From NCBI GenBank assembly GCA_964455095.1, contig CAYVUV010000191.1:3939-67938 (forward strand): 64,000 nucleotides of DNA. Reading direction: 5' to 3'. Shown here piece after piece: positions 1 to 13,073 of the stretch; position 1 is the stretch's first letter; the number at the start of each line of letters is the position of its first letter. The position numbers and the translations under genes were made by a program. This DNA comes from an uncultured Candidatus Binatia bacterium (GTDB taxonomy: Bacteria; Desulfobacterota; Binatia; HRBIN30; CADEER01). The notes beneath the pieces are model-generated. The model worked only from the letters and a program-made list of their open reading frames with translations. It was not told where the DNA came from and did not search any database.

Positions 1-1850
<1,850 letters not shown>

Positions 1851-1918
1851 GCGTGTTCAACTCGCTTCCGCGGGGAGTAAAAACGGCCGAAGCCACCTCA
1901 AATCACCCCCACCTCAAT

Positions 1919-1979
1919 CCTCCCCCGTCGAGGGGGAGGAGGCCGGAGCGCTAAAGCCTTCCCCCCTTGCGGGGGAAGG
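1919..1979. repeat. Two tandem GC-rich hairpins (REP-like palindromic elements) in the gyrB-gyrA spacer
   Basis: Hairpin 1 is CCTCCCCC-GTCGA-GGGGGAGG (1919-1939). Hairpin 2 is CCTTCCCCC-CTTGC-GGGGGAAGG (1957-1979). Both have the same CCTyCCCCC/GGGGGArGG arm design. Confidence 0.6.
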
Positions 1980-2032
1980 TTGGATGGGGGGTAGAGAGAC
2001 AACCGCGCAGCGCACCATATCGCCCTGGTCAG

Positions 2033-4483
<2,451 letters not shown>

Positions 4484-4662
4484 TTAATCCAGCGTTTGCT
4501 TGAACCGGTTGACGGTACCACAAACGGGCCCACAGGTAAAGCTACTGGGTGAACAATAAACCGTTAATAATCGATAACTTACACCAATAATTGTGGGCGG
4601 GTAAGCGACCGCTGCGCAAACTCTTCGCGGCGCTCTTTACCAGGCTGCAGCACGGCCTGCCG

Positions 4663-5778
4663 TCAGAGGCGCATTGGCATGACGATATAACAATAGTCTG
4701 GATCTCCGACATAGCGCACGACGCCCGGGCTGACTTCGTCATTGAGCCCGATTTCGACGCGGCCATCGGATGGCTGGGCAGCCAATGCCTCGAGGAGATA
4801 TTTGGCGTTGAAACCGATGGCGACCGGCTGTCCGTCGTATTCGATAGCGATCTCTTCGGCCGCCTCTCCGACGTCGGGATTGATCGAGGAGAGCTCCAAC
4901 TTCTGCCCGTCGATCTGCATCTTGACGCCACGCGTTCGTTCGCTGGAGACGATCGACACGCGGCGCAAGGCGGAGACGAGCTCGCCGCTGTCGACGGTTG
5001 CGACGCGTTCGGAACGGCCCGGCACGACTTGTCGGTAGTCGGGAAATTCGCCCTCGACCAGGCGCATCGACATCTGCACCGCGCCGCGCCGCGCGTGCGC
5101 CATGCCACTCACGACGCTGAGCTCGATGGCCTCTTCGCCACTCTCGAGCACCTTGCGCAGCTCGACCACCGCCTTGCGCGGAATGATCACGCCTTTCTCG
5201 AGCTTGCCACTGTCGACCGGGCGCGTGATCATCGCCAGGCGGTGGCCGTCCGTGGCGACGATCCGCAGCCGCCCGTCTTCGGCGCCCTCGACGTACAACC
5301 CGTTCAGATTCACCCGCGTCTCGTCGCCGGAAATGGCGAAGATGGTGCGCTCGATCATGGTGGCCAGCACTTCACCGGGCACCGTCACCACCTGCCCCTT
5401 TGTCCCGTCCGGCGGTTCCGGAATGGCCGGGAACTCGCGCGGATCCAGTCCAACCAGGCGAAAGCGCGAGCGGCCAGCCGAGATCTCGATCCAGTTGTTG
5501 TCCTGCGACCGGATGCGAATCTCCCCCTCGCCGAGCTCGCGCACCATCTCGAACAGCTTGCGCGCGCTGGTGGTGAGACTGCCCTTCTTGCGCACCGTCG
5601 CCACGCATCGCCGCCGCACCGCGATCTCCTGATCGGTCGCGGCGACGGAGATGCCGTCGCTGCCGGTACTCTCGATGAGCACGTTGCTGAGAATCGGCAC
5701 CGTCGTCCGCCGTTCGGCGATGCCTTGCATCAGGTACAAACCGGCCAACAATTCGTTCCGTTCGATGGCGAATTCCAT
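4663..5778 (-). CDS. dnaN: DNA polymerase III beta sliding clamp
   Basis: 371-aa ORF (MEFAIERNELLAGLYLMQGIAERRTTVPILSNVLIES...) of typical length, in the conserved dnaA-dnaN position. Confidence 0.95.
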   Translation of the reverse strand: MEFAIERNELLAGLYLMQGIAERRTTVPILSNVLIESTGSDGISVAATDQEIAVRRRCVATVRKKGSLTTSARKLFEMVRELGEGEIRIRSQDNNWIEISAGRSRFRLVGLDPREFPAIPEPPDGTKGQVVTVPGEVLATMIERTIFAISGDETRVNLNGLYVEGAEDGRLRIVATDGHRLAMITRPVDSGKLEKGVIIPRKAVVELRKVLESGEEAIELSVVSGMAHARRGAVQMSMRLVEGEFPDYRQVVPGRSERVATVDSGELVSALRRVSIVSSERTRGVKMQIDGQKLELSSINPDVGEAAEEIAIEYDGQPVAIGFNAKYLLEALAAQPSDGRVEIGLNDEVSPGVVRYVGDPDYCYIVMPMRL

Positions 5779-5790
5779 TCCACCCCCGCC

Positions 5791-5856
5791 TGACTACTTA
5801 CTCTTAGGTTTTATAAAAGAGAGAAGACTAGTACATAGTAGGGCCTGTTCATATGC
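5791..5856. promoter_or_regulatory. AT-rich tract in the dnaA-dnaN spacer (candidate DNA-unwinding element and/or dnaN promoter)
   Basis: The sequence tgactacttactcttaggttttataaaagagagaagactagtacatagtagggcctgttcatatgcg is the most AT-rich stretch I saw in this otherwise GC-rich window. Confidence 0.4.
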
Positions 5857-6009
5857 GAGGAGCCTTGTGGCAGAAGCCGTTCCGCACAGTGGCGAGAGAA
5901 CCGCTGGGGAGGCCGGGCACCGCCATTCCCCAGGTATGCTCGGCCGCGTGCACCCAGTCTCCACCCCCTCTCCGCAGCTTATGAACAACCCCAACGCATC
6001 GGCGCGCGA

Positions 6010-7347
6010 TTACCCGCTGCGCTCCAGCATTCGCTCCAACCGTTCGACGGTGGCGCGGAAGCTCGAATCTTCCTGCAAGCGCCGTTCGACCACCTGCGCC
6101 GCGTGAATGACCGTCGAGTGATCGCGCCCGCCGAAGCGATCGCCGATGACGGGAAACGACGCCTGCGTGTAGCGGCGACACAGGTACATGGCGACCTGGC
6201 GCGGCAGCGCGACGGTGCGGGTTCGTTTCTTCGAGCGCAGCTCGGTGGGACGGATGTTGAAGAAATCACACACGGCCTTCTGAATCGACTCGATGGTGAT
6301 CGCGCGCTCGTGCTTATCGCGCAGCACATTCTGCAGCACCTCCCGGGCGAAGTCCACGGTGATGGGGCAGCGGTTGAGCGAGGCGAACGCACCGAGACGC
6401 GTCAGCGACCCCTCGAGCTCGCGCACGTTCGAGTCGATGTTCGACGCCAGAAAGAGCGCTACTTCTTGCGGCAGCTCGATCTGCTCCAGATCGGCCTTTT
6501 TTTCGAGAATGGCCACGCGCGTCTCGACGTCGGGCGGCTGGATGTCGGCGATGAGACCCCACTCGAAGCGATTGCGCAGCCGCTCTTCGAGCTCCGGGAT
6601 CTCCTTCGGAAACTTGTCCGAGGTGAGCACGATCTGGTGATGGCCCTCGTACAACGAGTTGAACGTGTGGAAGAACTCCTCCTGTGTGCGCTCGCGGCCG
6701 GCGAGAAACTGCACGTCATCGACGATCAAGACATCGATGCGGCGGAAGCGGTTCTTGAACTCGTCCATCCGATCACGCCGCAGCGCGGCAATGAGCTCGT
6801 TCATGAACGATTCAGACGACAGGTACATCACCCGCGCGTCGGGCGTGCGTTCCAGCACTTCGTGGCCGATGGCGTTGACCAGGTGCGTCTTGCCGAGCCC
6901 CACTCCGCCGTAGATGAACAGCGGATTGTAGTGATCGCCCGGCTGGCTGGCGACGGCCTTGCACGCGGCGTGCGCGAACTGGTTGCTGGCCCCGACGACG
7001 AAGCTGCCAAACGTGTACTTCGCCAGCAGCCCGGCGCTGCGCGTGGCGCTGCGCAGGGGCACCGCGGCCGGTGCCGCGCTGGGGAAGAGCTCTTGCTGAC
7101 CGGGGACCTCGACGCGGACGTTCAGATGCCGCAGCTCGCCGTCGCTGGCGTTGAGCAGGGCCGCTTCCAACGAAGCCAGGTAGCGCTCGCGCACGATCTC
7201 GGCGGTCGAACGATCCGGCGCCTCGACGACCAGCGTCTGTCCGTTGCGGCCGAGAATGTGCAGCGTCGACAGCGTTTCGGCCGCGTCGGTGCCGCTGTGC
7301 TGATCGGCCACCACGAGGAGGGCATTCTGCCAGGCCTCGCGAATCAT
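6010..7347 (-). CDS. dnaA: Chromosomal replication initiator protein DnaA
   Basis: 445-aa ORF. Walker A GGVGLGKTHL, Walker B LIVDDVQFL, sensor NVRELEGSL and the C-terminal DNA-binding region RQVAMYLCRRYT...FGGRDHSTVIHA. Confidence 0.97.
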   Translation of the reverse strand: MIREAWQNALLVVADQHSGTDAAETLSTLHILGRNGQTLVVEAPDRSTAEIVRERYLASLEAALLNASDGELRHLNVRVEVPGQQELFPSAAPAAVPLRSATRSAGLLAKYTFGSFVVGASNQFAHAACKAVASQPGDHYNPLFIYGGVGLGKTHLVNAIGHEVLERTPDARVMYLSSESFMNELIAALRRDRMDEFKNRFRRIDVLIVDDVQFLAGRERTQEEFFHTFNSLYEGHHQIVLTSDKFPKEIPELEERLRNRFEWGLIADIQPPDVETRVAILEKKADLEQIELPQEVALFLASNIDSNVRELEGSLTRLGAFASLNRCPITVDFAREVLQNVLRDKHERAITIESIQKAVCDFFNIRPTELRSKKRTRTVALPRQVAMYLCRRYTQASFPVIGDRFGGRDHSTVIHAAQVVERRLQEDSSFRATVERLERMLERSG

Positions 7348-7357
7348 GAACGGGACT

Positions 7358-7445
7358 TTATCAACAGGGGCAAATGAGAGGAAAACGCCATATTATCCAG
7401 CAACTTTCGGGGAGATAAGAGGCCCTCTCCACAGAACGGTCCACA
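7358..7445 (+). promoter_or_regulatory. Cluster of four co-oriented DnaA-box-like 9-mers upstream of dnaA
   Basis: TTATCAACA (7358-7366, 1 mismatch to TTATCCACA), TTATCCAGC (7393-7401, 2 mismatches), CTCTCCACA (7425-7433, 2 mismatches) and CGGTCCACA (7437-7445, 3 mismatches). They sit at the minus/plus strand-switch point. Confidence 0.5.
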
Positions 7446-7638
7446 GGCACTGCCGGAGGCCTGACGTCCGCTTTCTGGGCCTCTAATCGGCGCGGACAAC
7501 GTCAGTTGGGCGAGTCGTTTAACGCGTTCGCGGCAAAGGAGCAAGAAAAATCGTGCGCGCCTCACCACGGTTCCCGCCGCCGCGTTGACCGGCGCCGGAA
7601 CGAGGTGTAGCGAGACCGCAAGCGAGGGCTTGCCAAAC

Positions 7639-8925
7639 ATGCGCAGCGCAATCTCCGAACAGCTCTTCAAAGAGGCGAGTGGGTACATCCCGGGCGGCGT
7701 CAACAGCCCGGTGCGGGCGTGGAAGGCGGTCGGCGGCTCGCCGCGGTTCATCCAGCGCGCCAAGGGCTCCGAGATCGTCGATGCCGACGGCAACCGGTAC
7801 ATCGACTACGTCGGTTCCTGGGGGCCGATGATTCTCGGCCATGCGCACGGCACAGTGGTCAAAGCGATCCAGGACGCGCTGCGCGACGGCACCAGCTTCG
7901 GCGCGCCGACGGCACGCGAGGTCGAGATGGCCAAGCGCATCGCCGCGGCGCTGCCGGCCGCCGAGCGCGTGCGGCTGGTCAGCTCGGGCACCGAAGCGGC
8001 GATGACCGCGATTCGGCTGGCGCGCGCCTTCACCGGGCGCACGCGAATTCTCAAGTTCGACGGCTGCTACCATGGGCACTCGGACGCGCTGCTGGTGCGC
8101 GCCGGATCCGGGGCGATGACGTTCGGTGTGCCGGACAGCCCCGGCGTCACCGAGGCGGTGGCGAGCCAGACGTTGGTGGCGCAGTTCAATGCGCTCGACG
8201 AAGTCGCGGCGCGCTTTCACGCCGAGGGCGACCAGATCGCCGCCGTGATCGTCGAGCCGGTGGTCGGCAACATGGGCGTGGTGCTTCCCGAGCCGGGCTT
8301 TCTCGACGGCTTGCGCGAGGTGACCGCCGCGCACGGGGCCGTGCTGATCTTCGACGAGGTGATGACCGGGTTTCGCCTCGCCTACGGCGGCGTGCAGACG
8401 CAGTGCGGCATCACGCCCGACCTGACTTGTCTCGGCAAAGTGATCGGAGGCGGCTTGCCCCTGGCGGCGGTCGCTGGGCGCGCGGAGATCATGGACCGCC
8501 TGGCGCCGTTGGGTCCGGTGTACCAGGCAGGAACCTTGTCGGGAAACCCGCTTGCCGTGGCCGCGGGACTGGCAACGCTAGAGTTGATCGAGCGCCCCGG
8601 GACGTACGAGCGACTGGAGGTAAGCGGCGCGCGGATCGAGGCCGGTCTGCGCGAGGGGTTGCAGCGCCACGGCGCGCGCGGCTGCGTCAACCGCGCCGGT
8701 TCGATGTGGACCATATTTTTCGGTGTCGATGCCGTGCGCGACGTCGCGACGGCGCAGCAGTGCGACCGCGAGCGCTTCGGCCGCTTCTTCGGTCGCATGC
8801 TCGAGCAGGGCGTCTACCTGCCCCCGTCGGCGTTCGAGGCCGCGTTCATCTCCCTGGCGCACAGCGACGAGGACATCGAGGCGACGATCCGCGCCGCGGA
8901 CCGGGCGATCGAGGAGTCGGCCTAG
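7639..8925 (+). CDS. hemL: Glutamate-1-semialdehyde 2,1-aminomutase
   Basis: Translation from the ATG at 7639 reads MRSAISEQLFKEASGYIPGGVNSPVRAWKAVGG...FDEVMTGFRL...LGKVIGGGLP (PLP lysine context), the typical HemL pattern. Confidence 0.95.
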   Translation: MRSAISEQLFKEASGYIPGGVNSPVRAWKAVGGSPRFIQRAKGSEIVDADGNRYIDYVGSWGPMILGHAHGTVVKAIQDALRDGTSFGAPTAREVEMAKRIAAALPAAERVRLVSSGTEAAMTAIRLARAFTGRTRILKFDGCYHGHSDALLVRAGSGAMTFGVPDSPGVTEAVASQTLVAQFNALDEVAARFHAEGDQIAAVIVEPVVGNMGVVLPEPGFLDGLREVTAAHGAVLIFDEVMTGFRLAYGGVQTQCGITPDLTCLGKVIGGGLPLAAVAGRAEIMDRLAPLGPVYQAGTLSGNPLAVAAGLATLELIERPGTYERLEVSGARIEAGLREGLQRHGARGCVNRAGSMWTIFFGVDAVRDVATAQQCDRERFGRFFGRMLEQGVYLPPSAFEAAFISLAHSDEDIEATIRAADRAIEESA

Positions 8926-8940
8926 CGGCCGGCCGGCCCC

Positions 8941-9150
8941 ATGGATCGCGACGGGCTGGTAGCCGGCGCGCGCTACGCGGCGTTCGGGTTCGAATTTGGC
9001 GCCATCATCGCCGCCGCGGTCGTCGCCGGATACTACCTCGACCAGTACTGCGGCACCGCGCCGCTGTTCACGCTGGTGCTCACGATCGGGGGCATGGTCG
9101 GGGCCGTCAGGCGCTTGATTTGGTCGCTAAAAAAGCATACCTCCCGCTGA
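8941..9150 (+). CDS. AtpZ/AtpI-family small membrane protein (F0F1 ATPase-associated)
   Basis: 69-aa ORF with two predicted TM helices (GFEFGAIIAAAVVAGYYLD, LFTLVLTIGGMVGAV), immediately upstream of atpI-atpB-atpE. Confidence 0.65.
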   Translation: MDRDGLVAGARYAAFGFEFGAIIAAAVVAGYYLDQYCGTAPLFTLVLTIGGMVGAVRRLIWSLKKHTSR

Positions 9151-9171
9151 TTCCCTTCGCTGACTCACCCT

Positions 9172-9531
9172 ATGGAAATGCGAGCTGAAGACATCGAGCG
9201 CTGGCACCTCGCGCTGCTGGGCGCTGCGACGGCATTGGCGCTGCTGACGCGCTGGGTGTCGCCGGCCAGCGTGTTGCTCGGCGGGGCCGTGATGGGGGTC
9301 AATTTCTGGCTCATGCGCCAGGTGTCGAAACGCGTGCTGGCGCGCGCGGGGCGCGGCCATCCGGCCTTCGTGGTCGGGTTGATCCTGGCGAAGTTCACTT
9401 TGTTTCTCGGCCTGCTGGGCCTGTTGTTCTGGCGCGTGCCGATCGACGGCGCCGGGTTTGGCATTGGCGCGACGATGCTGTTGGTCGCGTGTGTGGCGGC
9501 CGCGCTGCGCGGGCAGCCGGCGGCGCTGTAG
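9172..9531 (+). CDS. atpI: ATP synthase protein I-like membrane protein
   Basis: 119-aa hydrophobic ORF directly preceding atpB. The call rests on position and topology. Confidence 0.6.
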   Translation: MEMRAEDIERWHLALLGAATALALLTRWVSPASVLLGGAVMGVNFWLMRQVSKRVLARAGRGHPAFVVGLILAKFTLFLGLLGLLFWRVPIDGAGFGIGATMLLVACVAAALRGQPAAL

Positions 9532-9542
9532 GGGGTTCAGAC

Positions 9543-10253
9543 GTGGAACACGGCTTTCAATGGGTCTCGATCATCCCGGGGCTGAACGCGATCCCCGAGC
9601 ACACTGCCACCGCGACGTTGGTGGTGCTTGCCCTCCTGGTATGGGCCCTGATCGGCCGCCGCCAGCTCGCGGCCGCCAGCGACGCGGTCGTGCCCGACGG
9701 GACGATGACGGCGCGCAACAGCCTCGAAGTCTTCATACAGTGGTTCGCATCGCTCGTCGAAGGCGCCCTGGGCCCGCACTCGCGCAAGTACGTGCCGCTC
9801 TACGGCACCTTTTTCATCTTCATCGTCGCTTCCAACCTGGTCGGTCTGATCCCCGGATTCTCGCCGCCGACGAGCAACATCAACATCACGCTGGCGCTCG
9901 GCGTGACGTCGTTCGTGATGTACAACGTCTACGCTTTCCAGGCCCACGGCGCGTCGTACCTGAAGCACTTTCTCGGCCCGGTGTGGTGGCTGGTGTTTCT
10001 CATGCTGCCGCTCGAGATCATCGACAACTTCCTGCGGCCGATCACGTTGACCCTGCGACTCATGATGAACATGTTCGCCGACCATCTCGTGCTCGACATC
10101 TTCACCGGCCTCACCTACGCGGTGGTTCCGGTCGTCTTTCTGATGCTCGGCACGTTCGTGTCGCTGATCCAAGCCTTCGTGTTTACGCTGCTCAGCCTGG
10201 TGTACGTCGCCCTCGCCGTCGGCAGCCACGGCGATGATCACGAGCACCACTGA
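9543..10253 (+). CDS. atpB: F0F1 ATP synthase subunit a
   Basis: Contains the subunit-a signature LRPITLTLRLMMNMFADH with the essential Arg. I placed the start at an in-frame GTG at 9543; the ORF track starts at 9489. Confidence 0.9.
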   Translation: MEHGFQWVSIIPGLNAIPEHTATATLVVLALLVWALIGRRQLAAASDAVVPDGTMTARNSLEVFIQWFASLVEGALGPHSRKYVPLYGTFFIFIVASNLVGLIPGFSPPTSNINITLALGVTSFVMYNVYAFQAHGASYLKHFLGPVWWLVFLMLPLEIIDNFLRPITLTLRLMMNMFADHLVLDIFTGLTYAVVPVVFLMLGTFVSLIQAFVFTLLSLVYVALAVGSHGDDHEHH

Positions 10254-10365
10254 TCGATTCAAGACTGTTCAACCCAGAAGGTTCGCGGGCCGAGGTGTGG
10301 CGAGGATGACAGATGAGGCGTGGCCGGAAGCGATCTTCTATTTCACCGTAAGGAGGACAGGAACC

Positions 10366-10683
10366 ATGTGGAGCAAGATGAAAGTACTGGCGATCACCAC
10401 CATCGCGATGGCGGTGAGCCAGGGGACGGCCTTCGCCCAGGAGGGCGCAGCCGATCCAAGCAGAGCGTGGATCGCCATGGCCGCGGGTCTCTCGATCGCC
10501 ATCGCGGCTGCCGGCGCCGCGATCGGACAGGGCCGCGCCGTCGCCGCCGCCATGGAGTCGATCGGGCGCAACCCGAACGCCGCTGACCGCATTCAGCTGC
10601 CCATGATCATCGGTATCGCGTTCATCGAGGCGTTGGCCATCTACGCCCTCGTGATCGCGTTCTTTCTGCAGGGCAAGATCTAG
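10366..10683 (+). CDS. atpE: F0F1 ATP synthase subunit c
   Basis: The ATG at 10366 is preceded by an AGGAGGA ribosome-binding site. Sequence GLSIAIAAAGAAIGQGRAVAAAMESIGRNP...IAFIEALAIYALVIAFFL shows the c-subunit hairpin with the carboxylate Glu. Confidence 0.93.
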   Translation: MWSKMKVLAITTIAMAVSQGTAFAQEGAADPSRAWIAMAAGLSIAIAAAGAAIGQGRAVAAAMESIGRNPNAADRIQLPMIIGIAFIEALAIYALVIAFFLQGKI

Positions 10684-10706
10684 TCCGCAATCAGTTACAT
10701 GCAGTG

Positions 10707-10744
10707 AAGGGGCGGTGGTGGCGACACCCCGCCCCTTTTCTTTC
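10707..10744 (+). terminator. Rho-independent terminator after atpE
   Basis: aaGGGGCGGtggtggcgacacCCGCCCCttttctttc: a 7-bp GC stem followed by a T-tract, 24 nt after the atpE stop. Confidence 0.75.
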
Positions 10745-10813
10745 GGCGCGGCACCGCGACGCGCCTTGTAGTCCGCGCGCGCGACGCGATATCATCCCGG
10801 CGCGGGAGACATC

Positions 10814-11638
10814 ATGGGGGATGCGGAACGCGCGGCACCGCGCACACTGGTGGCCGGTTCGATCCACCGCGGCGCACGCACCGTGCTGGCCGCCCTGGCG
10901 CTCGAGAAGATCCGGCCCAATCCCGCCCAACCGCGCCGCCACTTCGACCCCGACGCGCTCGCCGAGCTGTCGGCCTCGATCCGCCAGCGCGGCCTGCTGC
11001 AGCCGGTCATCGTCAAACGCGACGGCGACGGCTTCCTGCTCATGGCCGGCGAACGCCGCTACCGGGCCGCCAAGCTCGCCGGCCTCACGGTCATCCCGGC
11101 GCTGGTGCGCGACGATGATCCGATCGAGATCGCCATCATCGAGAATCTGCAGCGCGAGGATCTCTCGCCGCTCGAAGAAGCCGAGGGCCTCGGCGCGCTG
11201 ATCGAGCAGTACGGCTACACGCACGACGGCCTGGCCGAGCTGGTGGGCAAGAGCCGCCCCTATGTCAGCAACACACTGGCGTTGCGCCGCCTGCCCGAGC
11301 ACATCAAGAACGCCTACCACGAACGCCCGGAGGTCTCGCGCGAGATCATGATCTCGGTGGCGCGCGCCGAGACGCCCGAGCGCCAGGAGCTGCTCTGGCG
11401 TCTGGCGACGATGCGCAAGCTCTCGGTCCAGCGCTTCCGCTCCGAGCAGGCTGGTGCGGAGGGCGCCGCTGACGAGATCCGCGAGATGGCGCGCCTGGTG
11501 CGGCGCCTGGGCCGCAAGCTGCGCGCGCTCGACACCGCCGCCCTGCCCGACGACCAACGCCAGCACCTGCGACGGCTGCTCGATCGCGCCCAGGCGCGCA
11601 TCGCGCGCACGCAAATCAGCCTCGGCGCGAAGGATTGA
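10814..11638 (+). CDS. parB: ParB/Spo0J-family partition protein (no adjacent parA)
   Basis: The sequence reads LEKIRPNPAQPRRHFDPDALAELSASIRQRGLLQPVIV...GERRYRAAKLAGL..IPALV, followed by an HTH region (LAELVGKSRPYVSNTLALRRL). Confidence 0.9.
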   Translation: MGDAERAAPRTLVAGSIHRGARTVLAALALEKIRPNPAQPRRHFDPDALAELSASIRQRGLLQPVIVKRDGDGFLLMAGERRYRAAKLAGLTVIPALVRDDDPIEIAIIENLQREDLSPLEEAEGLGALIEQYGYTHDGLAELVGKSRPYVSNTLALRRLPEHIKNAYHERPEVSREIMISVARAETPERQELLWRLATMRKLSVQRFRSEQAGAEGAADEIREMARLVRRLGRKLRALDTAALPDDQRQHLRRLLDRAQARIARTQISLGAKD

Positions 11639-11648
11639 GTCCGCCGCG

Positions 11649-12605
11649 TCAGGGGACCACGCCGGCCTCGCGCAGGGCGATCTGGACGGCGGGGTACTGC
11701 ACCAAGAGGGCCGGGTAGGCGATCGGCATGGCGCGCATGTCCGCCAAGGCGAGCATCCCGCCGGCGCCGCCGGGACCGCCGCGCAGGGCGACGAGATCGC
11801 CGCTCAGCGCGATATGCTGCGCGACGGGCGGCGACAGCAGCGATTCGAGCAGCTCTTGCGCGGCGCGGCCGTTGCGCGCCGCGGCGGCGATCGCCACGAT
11901 GTCCGGCAGCAATACGGCGCCGAGGCCACTCTGATCGGGCACGAAGACCTCGATGCGCGGGGCCCCTTCCTGGGCGGCCAGTGCGAGGTCGCTGTCGAGC
12001 AACGCCACGGCGCGCTCGCCGGCGATCAGCGCGTCGCGCGCGGCCTCGTCGGAGGCCACCAGCAACGCGCCGCCGTCGCGCAGCGCGCGGTAGAAGGACA
12101 CCCCTCGCTCGGTGCCCAGTGCCGCAAACAGCGCCGCGGCATGCAGCGCGCTGGAGCCGTCGTTGGGCGTGGCGAGCACCAGGCGCGCCGCCCACTTGGG
12201 TTCCGCGAGCTGCAACACCGAGGTGGGCGCGTCATCCGCCGACACCTTGTCGCGATCGTATGCAATGACCCGGGCCCGCGCCACGACGGCAATCCAGCGC
12301 CCGTCCGGATCGACGAACCCGGGAGGCGCGGCGGCGGTCAGCGCCACCGGCAGCTGCGCCAGTTTGCCGGCCCGCGCCAGGCGCAGCGGGCGCAGCGGAT
12401 CGCGCTCCCACAATACGTCGGCGTCGCCTGCCCCGACCGCATCGATGATGCGCACGTCGGTCTTGGCGTTGGAGCCGTAGGTGCGCAACACTGGCTCAGC
12501 CAGCTCGCGGCGCGCCGCCGCGACCCCGACGGTGAGCTCAGAGCGGCGCTCGCAGGCGCCAGCCGTCAGGGCGAGGAGGAGCAATATCGACAGGCGGACG
12601 CGCAT
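11649..12605 (-). CDS. Periplasmic solute-binding (lipo)protein, Fe3+/thiamine-type ABC substrate-binding fold; orphan
   Basis: Translation from the ATG at 12605 gives MRVRLSILLLLALTAGAC (signal peptide with a lipobox-like Cys), followed by a type-II periplasmic binding-protein-like sequence. The longer ORF-track N-terminus is Arg/Pro-rich junk. No permease or ATPase gene is adjacent. Confidence 0.6.
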   Translation of the reverse strand: MRVRLSILLLLALTAGACERRSELTVGVAAARRELAEPVLRTYGSNAKTDVRIIDAVGAGDADVLWERDPLRPLRLARAGKLAQLPVALTAAAPPGFVDPDGRWIAVVARARVIAYDRDKVSADDAPTSVLQLAEPKWAARLVLATPNDGSSALHAAALFAALGTERGVSFYRALRDGGALLVASDEAARDALIAGERAVALLDSDLALAAQEGAPRIEVFVPDQSGLGAVLLPDIVAIAAAARNGRAAQELLESLLSPPVAQHIALSGDLVALRGGPGGAGGMLALADMRAMPIAYPALLVQYPAVQIALREAGVVP

Positions 12606-12709
12606 GACGGACAGGCCGCCGACCATAGGGACGCGCCGCGGCGCCGTCAACGCAGCGCCTTGTCGCCCGCTTTGGCATCGGCTAGCGTCAGCCGCGCACG
12701 GTGACAGGG

Positions 12710-13057
12710 ATGGCGACCAAAGAGGACTTCTACGATCAGGCCGTGGACCATGTCGCCGAGGGCGACCTGGAGGCAGCGGTCGCGGCCTATCGCCAGGCCC
12801 TGGCGCTCGATCCCGACTATGCCGACGTCTGGGAGGGCCTGTCGATGGCGCTGGCCGATCTCGAGCGCTTCGATGAGGCGGTCGCCGCGGCGACGCGGGT
12901 GGTCGAGCTGGTGCCGGACGATCAGCTGTCCTACACCAACATCTCGCGCATCTACCAGCGCGCCGGCGACGTGCCCAAGGCCGAAGAGTGGGCGGCAAAG
13001 GGGCGCGTGCTCGACTGGAAGCGCCAGCTCAAAGAAGGCAAAGGATCGGCCGAATGA
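12710..13057 (+). CDS. Small TPR-repeat protein
   Basis: Shows AVAAYRQALALDPDYADVWEGLSMALADLERFDEAVAAATRVVELVPDD, a TPR pattern. An alternative start lies at 12701. Confidence 0.75.
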   Translation: MATKEDFYDQAVDHVAEGDLEAAVAAYRQALALDPDYADVWEGLSMALADLERFDEAVAAATRVVELVPDDQLSYTNISRIYQRAGDVPKAEEWAAKGRVLDWKRQLKEGKGSAE

Positions 13058-13073
13058 GCCACCAGGTGCCGCG

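Noticed and set aside
9531-9550. CGTGGAACA half-site resembling a GC-type parS at the atpI/atpB junction
   Set aside because: The left half does not match (GGTTCAGA), so there is no dyad symmetry. It overlaps the atpB start region.
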